Below, piece after piece: positions 40,014-49,471 of a stretch of 64,000 nt of DNA. Under the pieces are notes generated by a model, which made no database searches, had not been told where the DNA came from, and saw only the letters and a list, made by a program, of their open reading frames with translations. The stretch is from Acetobacteraceae bacterium. GTDB taxonomy: Bacteria; Pseudomonadota; Alphaproteobacteria; Acetobacterales; Acetobacteraceae. The DNA is taken from assembly GCA_031291795.1 (NCBI GenBank), contig JARLIJ010000021.1:12751-76750 (forward strand), in the 5' to 3' direction. Position numbers and translations under genes: made by a program. Each line of letters begins with the position of its first letter. The stretch's first letter is position 1.

Positions 40014-40028
40014 CGGCAAAATTTGCCG
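40014..40028. promoter_or_regulatory. ftr-like (FlbD-binding) palindrome upstream of fliK
   Basis: CGGCAAA-A-TTTGCCG perfect inverted repeat; resembles Caulobacter ftr elements. Confidence 0.6.
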
Positions 40029-40313
40029 CGCCCGGGACAGTCAATGCCGGGATGCGGAAAGGCATGCCGGCGTCGCCATCATTGCCATCAGAATCCAAGC
40101 TCATACCAAGCATATAGTTGCCAGGAATATTTTGCGTTCGATGCGGCGCGCATCTGGTTACAATATCGTTTCACTCCCGGGCAGCCGGGTTGCATCGTAC
40201 AATAAGGATCTGGAAGCGCCGAAGGCGTAGCAACCGCCTGGGCACGCCCGGCGTGGGATACGGTAACCCACCCGGCCGGCTCGGCTCCGCAGCCTCACCG
40301 GCAGCAGGCGCGA

Positions 40314-41222
40314 CTAGAATCGTTTCACGGACAGCACTTCCGAGGTGCGCCGGATCGTCTCGACGGCATCGTCATACGTGGCGATCGCGAGGCAGGCGAT
40401 CAGCGCATCGACGATGCAAAGCTGGGCGATGCGGCTGGCCATCGCCTCCGTGCGGAACTCGGTCTCCCGCGCCATCGTATACAGCACGACATCCGCATAG
40501 GATTGGATCGGCGACTTCCCGTAGTTGGTGATGCAGATCGTTTGCGCGCCTGACTCCTTCGCCAGGCGCATGGCCGTTACGGTCTCATGCGTGCTGCCGG
40601 AATGACTGACGGTGATCACGGCCACTTTCGGGCCGGTCAGCGAGGCGCTGATCGCCTGGATATGGGAATCGATCACGACCTTGCAGTTGATCCCGATCCG
40701 GACCATGCGGTAATGCGCGTCCTCAACGATCGGCGCGGAGCTGCCGATGCCGTACAACTCCACACGCTCCGCTGCCAGGATAAGTTCGACCGCCCGCGCC
40801 ACCGCCGTGCGGTCGAGGACCTTCAGGGTGTCGTGCAAGGCCTGGACGCCGCTGAGGAAGACCTTGTCGACGATCGTCGAGACGTCGTCGTTGCGGTCGA
40901 GGTCCTCGTGGATGAACTGCACCGGCTGCACGAGATCGCGTGCCAGGGCGAGCTTGAGGTGATGGAAGCCCTTGGCGCCAACCTGCCGGCACAGGCTGAC
41001 CACGCTGCCTTCGCTCGCGCCTGCCCGATCGGCCAGTTCCGTGACCGACATGTGCACAACCTCGGCCGCATTTGCCGCGATGAACGCGGCAATCCGGCGG
41101 GCGGCCGGCGGCAGCGATGCCTGGATGGTCCGGACACGATCGAGGATGCCATCCAATGGCGGGGCGCGGTTGGCATGCGCCTCCACCGTCGCCTCCCGAC
41201 TGTTCCGGCGCCGTTCCGCCAT
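40314..41222 (-). CDS. MurR/RpiR family transcriptional regulator
   Basis: HTH (MSVTELADRAGASEGSVVSLCRQVGAKGF) plus SIS domain (YGIGSS, SHSGST). Confidence 0.94.
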   Translation of the reverse strand: MAERRRNSREATVEAHANRAPPLDGILDRVRTIQASLPPAARRIAAFIAANAAEVVHMSVTELADRAGASEGSVVSLCRQVGAKGFHHLKLALARDLVQPVQFIHEDLDRNDDVSTIVDKVFLSGVQALHDTLKVLDRTAVARAVELILAAERVELYGIGSSAPIVEDAHYRMVRIGINCKVVIDSHIQAISASLTGPKVAVITVSHSGSTHETVTAMRLAKESGAQTICITNYGKSPIQSYADVVLYTMARETEFRTEAMASRIAQLCIVDALIACLAIATYDDAVETIRRTSEVLSVKRF

Positions 41223-41515
41223 TCACAACTCCTGTCCGTCAGAGACCACACGACCCCGCGGCCACAGCGCTACGGTGACACGCAGGGCCATCAGGGTTCA
41301 AATTGAACTTCATTCATTTTTTATGCGCAAGTCACTGCGGTATTTTCATACTGTTGTCATATTGGTTGCGCTAGGGTTCGGCGTCAGCGGACTGACGATG
41401 TCGCAATGGGGCTGAACCAGGTGAGAGCCGATCGTGAGCGGAGCAGTCGCGCAAGACCGCATTCCATGGGCGACCGACGTCGCCGCTGGACCAGCATTGT
41501 CCCGGCCGATCCGAC

Positions 41516-42025
41516 ATGAGTTGGACCGCGTCCCTGTGGCTGCTGGCGGCCGCGTTGTCGATGCTGCTCGGGCTTGAGCTCCAACAGGCTGCGATCCGCG
41601 CGTACCCGACCACCGACGCAGCGCTTGCCCCCCAGTCCCCGCTTGCTGTCAAACGGAACGATACGCCAGCTGGATTGCGGATGAAAGCACTGGCGGAGCT
41701 TGTCCGGACCAGCCTCGCCCGACCGCTTTTCGTAGCGTCCCGTACGCCATTTTCGGTGACGGCCGCTCCACAGCCTGTCGCCACGATGCCGCGGCTGACG
41801 GGCGTGATCGTCGCATCCGACGCCCACCTTGCGCTGTTTGCCCCACCGGAAGGCAAGGTGATCGTGGTGGCCGAGGGCGGCAGCGTGGGCGATTACCTGA
41901 TCAGGTCGATTTCGGTGAACCAGGTGGTCCTCTCCGGCCCCGGCGGCGAGCATGCGCTGCGTACCGGCCTGCGCCAGGTCACCCCGCATGTCATCCATGC
42001 CCAGCAGGAGGCGTCGGCGCGGTAG
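41516..42025 (+). CDS. GspC/XpsN-like type II secretion accessory protein
   Basis: N-terminal TM, ARPLFVASRTP, RLTGVIV, VAEGGSVGDYLIRSISVNQVVL (HR-domain-like pattern). Confidence 0.6.
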   Translation: MSWTASLWLLAAALSMLLGLELQQAAIRAYPTTDAALAPQSPLAVKRNDTPAGLRMKALAELVRTSLARPLFVASRTPFSVTAAPQPVATMPRLTGVIVASDAHLALFAPPEGKVIVVAEGGSVGDYLIRSISVNQVVLSGPGGEHALRTGLRQVTPHVIHAQQEASAR

Positions 42026-42314
42026 GATTGCACCCTGGCCCTGCTCGCGGCAGCGGCATTCCGGCGCATGACGGTGGGATGAAAGTTTCCGGTCACCCTG
42101 AAACTGGCTGGAGCAGCGCGCGTGGCACCGGGATGGACGATCCCGGCTGCGAAGCCGGACTGAATTATTTTCAGTATAAATGCTTCCTGTGACACATATT
42201 ATTCATCCCGCCTTCATCCCTGACCTCGATCAAATTCCTTACGTTTCCCTTGGCTGATGCCAGCGGCCCAAGCCGCGGCGGACCAACCTGTCCATATCGA
42301 GGAGCAACCGACAC

Positions 42315-44528
42315 ATGGCGCACGCGACGACTAGACGTGGCCTCTTCAAGGGGGCCATGACCGCTGCCGCATTCGCGGCGCTACCGCCCAGCATTCAGAA
42401 GGCGTTTGCAACGAGCGCCGCGGTGAGCACCGGCACCATCGCCGACGTCAAGCACATCGTCATCCTGATGCAGGAAAACCGCGCCTTCGACCACTATTAC
42501 GGCACGATGCGCGGCGTTCGCGGCTTCGGCGATCCGTTCCCGCACCCGACCGTCAGCGGCCAGCCGGTGTGGTACCAGAAGAATGGCCCCACGGGTGCCA
42601 CGACCCTGCCGTTCCCCATCCTGCAAACCAAGAACTGGGCATTCCCGCCGGATCTCTCGCACAGCTTCTCCGACCAGCAGGGCGCCTGGGGACAGGGCCA
42701 GGCATCGTACTGGCCGCAATACAAATCCGCGTCCACCATGGGCTACTACACTGGCGCCGAACTGCCGTTCCAGTTCGCGCTGGCGCAAGCCTTCACCATC
42801 GGCGACGCCTATCATTGCGCCGTCGCCAGCGGCACCGATCCGAACCGCGTCAGCCTCATGTCCGGCAGCAGTTGGGACCCGACGCTGGCCGCGCAAGGTA
42901 CGCCCAGCACCGATGCCCACGGCGAGCCCAACAACCTGCGCTGCTGGGTTTCCGGCACGTGGCCCAGTCCCGGCTATTCGTACAATCTGATCGCTGCCAA
43001 CCAGCCATTCACCTGGCCGAACATCGCAGACGTGCTGACCGAGGCTGGCATCTCCTGGCGGATCTACCAGGACATGAACAACAACTGGACCGGCGCGATG
43101 AACGGCTTCCTCGCGTTCCAGAGCTTCCGTACGGCCGCCCCCGGCTCGACGATCTATGTGAACGGGATGACGACCTGGACGATCGCCGACCTGCAGGCCG
43201 CCGTGCAGAACAACACCCTGGCCACGGTCAACTGGGTGCTGCCGTCCGCCGCCGAATCCGAACATCCCGGTGCGCCGTGCAGCCCGACCCATGGCGGCTA
43301 CTTCGTCGAGACCGTACTGGAAGCGCTGACCGCCAACCCGGATGTCTGGGCCAGCACCATCTTCATCCTGAACTTCGATGAGAATGACGGGTATTTCGAC
43401 CATGCCGTCGCCCCGGCCGTTCCGTCCTACGACACGAACGGCGTGCTGCAGGGCAACTCCACGGTCCCTGTCGCGGGCCTGTATTTCAACAATGCCACAC
43501 GCACCTACTCTTCGGGTTCCTACCTGAGTTCGGCGGACACGATCTCCGGCAATCTCCGCCCGTGGGGCCTGGGCGCGCGGGTGCCGTTCACCGTCGTCTC
43601 GCCGTGGAGCAAGGGTGGCTGGGTCAATTCCGCAACGGCCAGCCACGCCTCGATCGGCCTGTTCCTCGAAAAATGGCTGGGCGTCACGGTCCCTGCGATC
43701 AGCGCCTGGCATCGTTCCGTGCTCAGCGACCTGACCTCGTTCTTCAACTTCGCAACCCCGAACGACACCTTCCCGACACTGCCGGACCTGAGCGGCTATG
43801 CCGCCTCGGACGCTGCGTCCAAGACATTGCCGGCCGTCGCCCCGCCCACAACTCAGTCGTTGCCGACGCAACAAACCGGCCTGACGCTTTCCCGCGGCTT
43901 GCCGTACGCGCTGAACACGACCGCTTCGACGGACGCGTCCGGCGTGGTGACGCTGAACTTCATCAACACCGGCAAGCAGGGCGCGGTCTTCCATGTCTAT
44001 GACCAGCTCAACCTGAACCGCATTCCGCGCCGCTATACGGTCGAAGCCGGCAAGACGCTGAGCGACAATTTCTGGAACACATTCGGAACCAACTACGTCT
44101 CGGCGCCATCCGGTACCTACAACCTTTGGGTCTATGGCCCGAACGGCTTCCTGCGCACATTCCAGGGCGCCGTCACCCAGGAAGGCATGCTGGACCTGAA
44201 GCATCCGGAGATCGAACTCACCTACGACACCGAGAGAGCCGGCATCCACGTCAGCCTGCGCAGCAATGCCGCCAAGCCGGTCGACTTCGCGCTGATCGAC
44301 AACGCCTACGGAAGTTTCGAGCAGCAAACCGTCTCGGTGGGACCCAACGAGGTCGCCAGCCTGTTCCTGTCCGTCAAGGACAGCGGCAACTGGTACGACT
44401 TCAGCGTGAAGGCGGGGAACGGGTTCCATCGGCAGTTCGCCGGCCGCATGGAAGACGGCAAGGACCACATCACCGATCCGCAGATGGGACGGCCGATCGC
44501 GCCCTATACCAACCCCGCTTTGGCCTGA
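42315..44528 (+). CDS. Tat-exported phosphocholine-specific phospholipase C (PlcN/PlcH family) with DUF756 domains
   Basis: TRRGLF Tat signal, KHIVILMQENRAFDHYYG, SEHP, FDENDGYFDH, GLGARVP, GNWYDF, GRMEDG. Confidence 0.93.
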   Translation: MAHATTRRGLFKGAMTAAAFAALPPSIQKAFATSAAVSTGTIADVKHIVILMQENRAFDHYYGTMRGVRGFGDPFPHPTVSGQPVWYQKNGPTGATTLPFPILQTKNWAFPPDLSHSFSDQQGAWGQGQASYWPQYKSASTMGYYTGAELPFQFALAQAFTIGDAYHCAVASGTDPNRVSLMSGSSWDPTLAAQGTPSTDAHGEPNNLRCWVSGTWPSPGYSYNLIAANQPFTWPNIADVLTEAGISWRIYQDMNNNWTGAMNGFLAFQSFRTAAPGSTIYVNGMTTWTIADLQAAVQNNTLATVNWVLPSAAESEHPGAPCSPTHGGYFVETVLEALTANPDVWASTIFILNFDENDGYFDHAVAPAVPSYDTNGVLQGNSTVPVAGLYFNNATRTYSSGSYLSSADTISGNLRPWGLGARVPFTVVSPWSKGGWVNSATASHASIGLFLEKWLGVTVPAISAWHRSVLSDLTSFFNFATPNDTFPTLPDLSGYAASDAASKTLPAVAPPTTQSLPTQQTGLTLSRGLPYALNTTASTDASGVVTLNFINTGKQGAVFHVYDQLNLNRIPRRYTVEAGKTLSDNFWNTFGTNYVSAPSGTYNLWVYGPNGFLRTFQGAVTQEGMLDLKHPEIELTYDTERAGIHVSLRSNAAKPVDFALIDNAYGSFEQQTVSVGPNEVASLFLSVKDSGNWYDFSVKAGNGFHRQFAGRMEDGKDHITDPQMGRPIAPYTNPALA

Positions 44529-44551
44529 GACGCCACACCCCGTTCGGCTAT

Positions 44552-44579
44552 CCGGTGGGACGGCATGCCGCCCCACCGG
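44552..44579 (+). terminator. Hairpin downstream of the plc gene
   Basis: CCGGTGGG-ACGGCATGCCGC-CCCACCGG. Confidence 0.45.
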
Positions 44580-44600
44580 GACAACCTGAAAGGCAATGAC

Positions 44601-45227
44601 ATGATATCCGCGCTCCTGCGCTCCCCGCTCAATCGGTCGCTCGCCGTCGTCGTCCTGGCCGGTTCGCTCTATGCCACCGCGGCGCACGCCACGCCCAGCA
44701 CCATCGACTTTGGTTCGATTCCATACGGGTCAGTCGACGGCGTCACCGCGGACGGCGTCACCTTCGGCTACACCGAGTACGGCTCATCGTCCCCGCAAGC
44801 CTGGTTCAATGTCGACCTCGGTTCCGGTGTGACCCAAAACGTTCAGACGCCGGCCCTGGTCGGGTACACCGACGGCGTGCTGACGCTCAACTTCGCCGCG
44901 CCGGTGAGCGCGATCGCTTTCGGCGTTGCCGAGACCACGGATATCACGCTGACGCCGGGCTTCTCGGTGTCGGTGTACGATGCCACCGGCAACCTGCTGA
45001 GCGCCAGCAGTGTTGAAACCGATCCGCTGGTCTACTTCTCGGAAGGCCAGTACAGCTACGGTGGCCAGTTGGCATCGAAAGCGGTCATCACGTTCGATTC
45101 GACTGACGCCAACCTGTTCGCCCTGGGTTCGGTGACCACCACGGTGCCGGAGCCTTCCAGCATGGCCATCTTCGCGGCAGGCCTCATCGCGTTGGGTGCA
45201 ACGATCGTCCGGCGCCGCCAGGCCTGA
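44601..45227 (+). CDS. PEP-CTERM sorting domain protein
   Basis: Signal peptide ending AHA; VPEPSSMAIFAAGLIALGATIVRRRQA. Confidence 0.94.
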   Translation: MISALLRSPLNRSLAVVVLAGSLYATAAHATPSTIDFGSIPYGSVDGVTADGVTFGYTEYGSSSPQAWFNVDLGSGVTQNVQTPALVGYTDGVLTLNFAAPVSAIAFGVAETTDITLTPGFSVSVYDATGNLLSASSVETDPLVYFSEGQYSYGGQLASKAVITFDSTDANLFALGSVTTTVPEPSSMAIFAAGLIALGATIVRRRQA

Positions 45228-45265
45228 GCAGCGCTTGCTGTGATATGAAACGATACCACTGCTGA

Positions 45266-45311
45266 CGAAGGGTGTGACCCGCGCTGCCTGCGGCGCGGGT
45301 CACACCCTTCG
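45266..45311. terminator. 19-bp perfect-stem hairpin
   Basis: CGAAGGGTGTGACCCGCGC-N8-GCGCGGGTCACACCCTTCG. Confidence 0.6.
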
Positions 45312-45378
45312 CGATAGCCTGCTATCCGACACGCCGACCGGTTTGCCCACGACTCAGCCGAACGGAAAGGACCCGCTC

Positions 45379-45588
45379 ATGCAGTATCTTCTCAACATCG
45401 CGCAGCACCCGCGACCGGAAAAGCCAAGGCCGCCGATCCTGCTCGATTCACCGGACGATGCCGCGATCCTGGCGAAAGCCGATGAGATCGCGCAGCAGAT
45501 CCGTGATGCGGGAGCCCTGAAGGTGCAGGTCCAGGTGCGCCTGGCCGCCAACCTCGTGCTGGTCGGCCACGTCGGCGACGACGCCTGA
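45379..45588 (+). CDS. Small hypothetical protein (69 aa)
   Basis: SD AAGGA; MQYLLNIAQH...DDAAILAKADEIA...VQVQVR. Confidence 0.6.
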   Translation: MQYLLNIAQHPRPEKPRPPILLDSPDDAAILAKADEIAQQIRDAGALKVQVQVRLAANLVLVGHVGDDA

Positions 45589-45620
45589 TCCACACCGCGC
45601 GACTCGCACTGCGCGGTGGA

Positions 45621-46994
45621 TCAGCAATTGATGGCGTTGACCGCCAATCCGCCTTGCGATGTCTCCTTGTACTTCGACAGCATGTCGCGCCCGGTGTCGC
45701 GCATCGTGCGAATCACCTGATCCAGGCTGACGAAATGCGACCCGTCGCCATGCAATGACAGACGTGCCGCGTTGATCGCCTTCACCGAGGCCAGCGCGTT
45801 TCGCTCGATGCAGGGGATCTGCACCAGGCCGGCGATCGGATCGCAGGTCAGACCCAGATTGTGCTCCAAGGCGATTTCAGCGGCGTTCTCCACCTGGCCG
45901 TTGCTGCCGCCCAGCGCCGCCACCAGGCCGCCTGCCGCCATTGCGCAGGCCGACCCGACTTCGCCCTGGCAGCCGACCTCCGCCCCCGAAATGGAGGCGT
46001 TCCGCTTGATGAGCGTGCCGATCGCCGCCGCCGCCAGGAAGAATGTCTCGATGCCGTCCGCAGTCGCTCCGGTCACAAATCGGTCGTAATAATGCAGGAC
46101 GGCGGGAACGATTCCTGCCGCGCCGTTGGTCGGCGCCGTCACCACGCGCCCGCCCGCGGCATTCTCTTCGTTCACCGCAAGGGCAAACAGGTTGATCCAG
46201 TCCATGCCCTGCAGCACGTCGCGCTCGTTGCGGTCCTGCTGGGCAATCAGCCGAAGATGGAGACCAGGGGCGCGTCTTCGCACCCGCAGCCCGCCCGGCA
46301 GCTCTCCGCTCGCGCGCAATCCCCGGGCCACACAAGCCTGCATCACCGTCCAGATATGGGCGGTGTCGCGGGAGATCTGTGCGTCTGAACGAAACGAGCG
46401 TTCATTGTGGCGTTGCAGCGCCGCGATGCTCAGCGAAGCAGCGTCCGCCATGGCCAGGAGTTCGGTCGAGGTCGTGAACGGATACGGCACCGCGGTGGCA
46501 TCGGGCGCGCCGGACGGTTCGTCGTCCTCGTTCACGATAAAACCGCCGCCCACGGAGTAGTAGGTGCGCGCAAACTCGGCCTTCACGCTGCGTGCCGTGC
46601 AACGCATCGCGTTCGGATGACGCGGCAGCATGGCGCGATTGAACACGATGTCCCTGGTCGGATCGAATGCAACGATCTGGCCATCCGGCAGGCGCAGCGT
46701 CTTCCGTTCTGAGACCGCACCAACCAGGGCAGCTATCTGGTCCGGATCGACCCGGTCCGGCTGTTCCCCGAGCAGACCGAGGACGACGGCTGTGTCTGTT
46801 GCGTGGCCCTTGCCGGTGAGTGCCAGGGAGCCGAACAGTTCCACCCGCAGGTCCTGGATCGGCATGCCCGCGGGCAGTGCCGCAATGAAGCGTGACGCCG
46901 CCACCATCGGGCCGACCGTGTGCGAGCTGGACGGCCCGATTCCGATACGGAACAGGTCGAACATCCCGATCCAGGACGGTACGTCGTCGGACAT
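45621..46994 (-). CDS. sdaA: L-serine ammonia-lyase (Fe-S)
   Basis: GIGPSSSHTVGPM, APTNGAAG, GAEVGCQGEVG, LGLTCDP, PCIERN. Confidence 0.97.
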   Translation of the reverse strand: MSDDVPSWIGMFDLFRIGIGPSSSHTVGPMVAASRFIAALPAGMPIQDLRVELFGSLALTGKGHATDTAVVLGLLGEQPDRVDPDQIAALVGAVSERKTLRLPDGQIVAFDPTRDIVFNRAMLPRHPNAMRCTARSVKAEFARTYYSVGGGFIVNEDDEPSGAPDATAVPYPFTTSTELLAMADAASLSIAALQRHNERSFRSDAQISRDTAHIWTVMQACVARGLRASGELPGGLRVRRRAPGLHLRLIAQQDRNERDVLQGMDWINLFALAVNEENAAGGRVVTAPTNGAAGIVPAVLHYYDRFVTGATADGIETFFLAAAAIGTLIKRNASISGAEVGCQGEVGSACAMAAGGLVAALGGSNGQVENAAEIALEHNLGLTCDPIAGLVQIPCIERNALASVKAINAARLSLHGDGSHFVSLDQVIRTMRDTGRDMLSKYKETSQGGLAVNAINC

Positions 46995-46999
46995 GGCTT

Positions 47000-47114
47000 T
47001 CCCCAGGTCGCTGTGGCAACGCAGACTACGACCGGCTTACCGGGAATTGGCAACGGGCCTCCATCACTTTCCGGACGCTCAGCGTCTGTTGGCGTTGAAT
47101 CAGGCAGATTCCCG
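47000..47114 (-). ncRNA. Candidate structured cis-regulatory leader of sdaA
   Basis: Nested complementary segments: 47041-47/47108-14, 47057-60/47102-05, 47074-78/47082-86; further stem GGTCG/CGACC next to the SD. Confidence 0.4.
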
Positions 47115-47294
47115 CTCTGAACCAGCAGCTTGCCCAAAATAAGCGCGTCGTCCGTGACGCGGCTCTGGATTCTCACGAGCGCCGCACCCAATGCGCACAA
47201 AATCGGCAGCGCATCCGCACGGTGCCTGCAAAGTCTGCTTATCAAGCGCGGAAACGCGCATTACAGTCGGGGCTTCCGCAGGAGGAGTACAAAC

Positions 47295-48071
47295 ATGCAG
47301 ATCGTCGCCGAAGCAGCCCACGACATCCTGGAAGCCGAACGCCGGCAGGCGCGCATCGACATGGCGGCCGCACACCAGCTTGCCGTGATGGACGACTTCC
47401 ATGAAGGCATCGACAACCATTTCACGCTGAACGTGCCTGGCCGCCAAGGCCGGTTCTACCTGAACGCCTTCGGCCTGCACTGGAGCGAGGTCACCGCGAG
47501 CAACCTGATCGAGGTCTCGTACGACGGCGATGTCGTTGCCGGCAAGGGCGTCCCCGACCGCTCCGCCATCTGCATCCACGCGCCGATCCACCGTCTGGTG
47601 CCGGGCGCCGAGTGCGTGCTGCACACGCATATGCCGTATTGCACAGCGCTCGCCCAACTCGAGGACATGACGCTGGAAATGACCGGCCAGGCGGCGCTGT
47701 ACTTCATCGACAAGATCGCCTACGACTACGAATATAACGGTTTCGCCGACGAGCAGACGGAAGGTGAGCGCATGGCCGCCCTGATGGATGGCAAGCCCAT
47801 CCTGATGCTGGCCAACCACGGTGTGGTCGTGACCGGCAAGACCGTCGCCTCGGCCTATCACCGGCTGTATTTCCTGGAGCGTGCCTGCCGCACGCAGATG
47901 TTCTCGATGTGGACCGGCATGCGCCGCAAGTTCGTCGCAGATGAAGTCATCGAGAAGGTACGCGCCCAGTCGCGCAACACCAACCCGGCCTTGGAGATGA
48001 GCCCTGCGGACTACTACTTTTCGGCGATGAAGCGCGTGCTGGAGGCGCGCGGATCCAGCTACGCGGCGTAG
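47295..48071 (+). CDS. Class II aldolase/adducin family protein
   Basis: EGIDNHFT, HWSEVTASNLI, CVLHTH, LANHGV; strong SD GGAGGAG. Confidence 0.92.
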   Translation: MQIVAEAAHDILEAERRQARIDMAAAHQLAVMDDFHEGIDNHFTLNVPGRQGRFYLNAFGLHWSEVTASNLIEVSYDGDVVAGKGVPDRSAICIHAPIHRLVPGAECVLHTHMPYCTALAQLEDMTLEMTGQAALYFIDKIAYDYEYNGFADEQTEGERMAALMDGKPILMLANHGVVVTGKTVASAYHRLYFLERACRTQMFSMWTGMRRKFVADEVIEKVRAQSRNTNPALEMSPADYYFSAMKRVLEARGSSYAA

Positions 48072-48127
48072 CCGTTTGGCCTGGCGGAGTGGCGGGGCAG
48101 GTTTCCCCACCACCCGCACCAGGCGTT

Positions 48128-48973
48128 CTAGAAGCTCAATGACGCCGGCACCTGCTCCGGCATCACGCCGTTCAGTGCGAGACCCGCGATCATCTGCTCG
48201 CGGATCGTGCCGATGCCACGGTTGAAGTCGATCCACGCATTCACGACCTCAACGAACCTCGTATCCGGTTCGCGCTGGACGCCGTAGCAACTCGGCAGCG
48301 ACACCACCGGCGTATCCAGCAAGTGATACGGGCCCAGGCTGGGATTTTTCCCGACCGTGCTCAGTCCGATCGTCGCTGCGATCACCTCCGCGTCCACCCG
48401 CCCGGCCTGCAGCGCAAGCACACAGTCGTCGATGGTCTTGTATCCGGTCAACTGCGCCTTTGGGGCGAAGCGGCGCGCGCAGGTCTCGTGCAGCGAACCC
48501 AGGTCGAACGCAATCCGGACATCGGGCTTGTTCAGGTCGTCCCAGGTCTTCGGCGAGAAGCCCGCCCGCGACAGGCAGCCGAACGGCGCGACGATGTAGG
48601 GTCGCGTGAAACCAATCGCCAATGCGCGCTGCGGCGTCGGGTTCAACGCAAACGCGATGTCGATCTTGTTGGATTGCACATCCAGCACGGAATTGCCCCA
48701 GGTCGATTCGACGTAGACCACCTCTGCACTCCAGACTGCGGCGATGCCTTTCGCCATTTCGATCGCAGAGCCTGACCATGCGCCGGTGGCGATGTCCTTC
48801 TTGAAATAGGGCGGGCTGCCGGACACCACGGCGATGCGCAACTGCTTGGTCTTGTTGACGCGCTCGAACGTGCTTTCACTGGAGGTCTGGGCCTGTGCGG
48901 TGCCGATGAAGAAGCCTACGGGCAAGGCGGCGGCTCCGGCCGCCAGTCCGCGTCGAGTCGGGCGATGGGTCAT
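48128..48973 (-). CDS. Polar amino-acid ABC substrate-binding protein (family 3), Tat signal
   Basis: TRRGL, SPPYF, STWGNSVLDVQSNKID, TPQRA, LQAGRVDA. Confidence 0.9.
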   Translation of the reverse strand: MTHRPTRRGLAAGAAALPVGFFIGTAQAQTSSESTFERVNKTKQLRIAVVSGSPPYFKKDIATGAWSGSAIEMAKGIAAVWSAEVVYVESTWGNSVLDVQSNKIDIAFALNPTPQRALAIGFTRPYIVAPFGCLSRAGFSPKTWDDLNKPDVRIAFDLGSLHETCARRFAPKAQLTGYKTIDDCVLALQAGRVDAEVIAATIGLSTVGKNPSLGPYHLLDTPVVSLPSCYGVQREPDTRFVEVVNAWIDFNRGIGTIREQMIAGLALNGVMPEQVPASLSF

Positions 48974-49060
48974 CACGTGCTCCTGATTTTCGGGGGCGGA
49001 TGCCCACACCGATACAGCGGACGGCAGCGGGCGATTGCGATATACGCAATCGCCGTGCCG

Positions 49061-49444
49061 TCACCCGAACACGTGTTTCGTCAGGTAGGCGTTACGGAAT
49101 TTTCCGGTCGGATCGTAATGATCCGCCAACGCCCGGAATGCCGCCATGCGTGGATACAAGAGCGCAAGCCGCGCCGCATCCGCATGCAGCACCTTGCCCC
49201 AGTGCGGACGGCCACCGATCGGCAGGAGCATGTCCTCGATTTCGCGGGAGAGGGCGTCGACCTCCGCCGGCTTGTGATGCCAGGTGAAATGGATCGCGAC
49301 CGCATCGTGACCATAGACCGGGCTAAGCCACAGATCGTCCGCTGCCATCGTGCGGATCTCGGTCGCATGCAGGTGCGGATCGATGCGCGCACCCATGCCA
49401 GGCACGGCGGTCAGCGCGGCAACCGCCTTGGCACGCGGGACCAT
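49061..49444 (-). pseudogene. C-terminal fragment of FAD-linked alditol oxidase (ALO domain)
   Basis: EIRTMAADDLWLSP, HFTW, RPHWGK, DPTGKFRN; the N-terminal FAD-binding domain is absent. Confidence 0.8.
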
Positions 49445-49471
49445 GTTCGCGTGGCACCTGGTCCTGTTCCC

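Noticed and set aside
42381-44687. 768-aa minus-strand ORF
   Set aside because: Antisense shadow of the phospholipase C gene, a typical high-GC artefact
47000-47130. Glycine riboswitch upstream of sdaA
   Set aside because: The conserved GGAGA, CCGAAG and CTCTCAGG elements are absent; kept only as an unassigned structured leader
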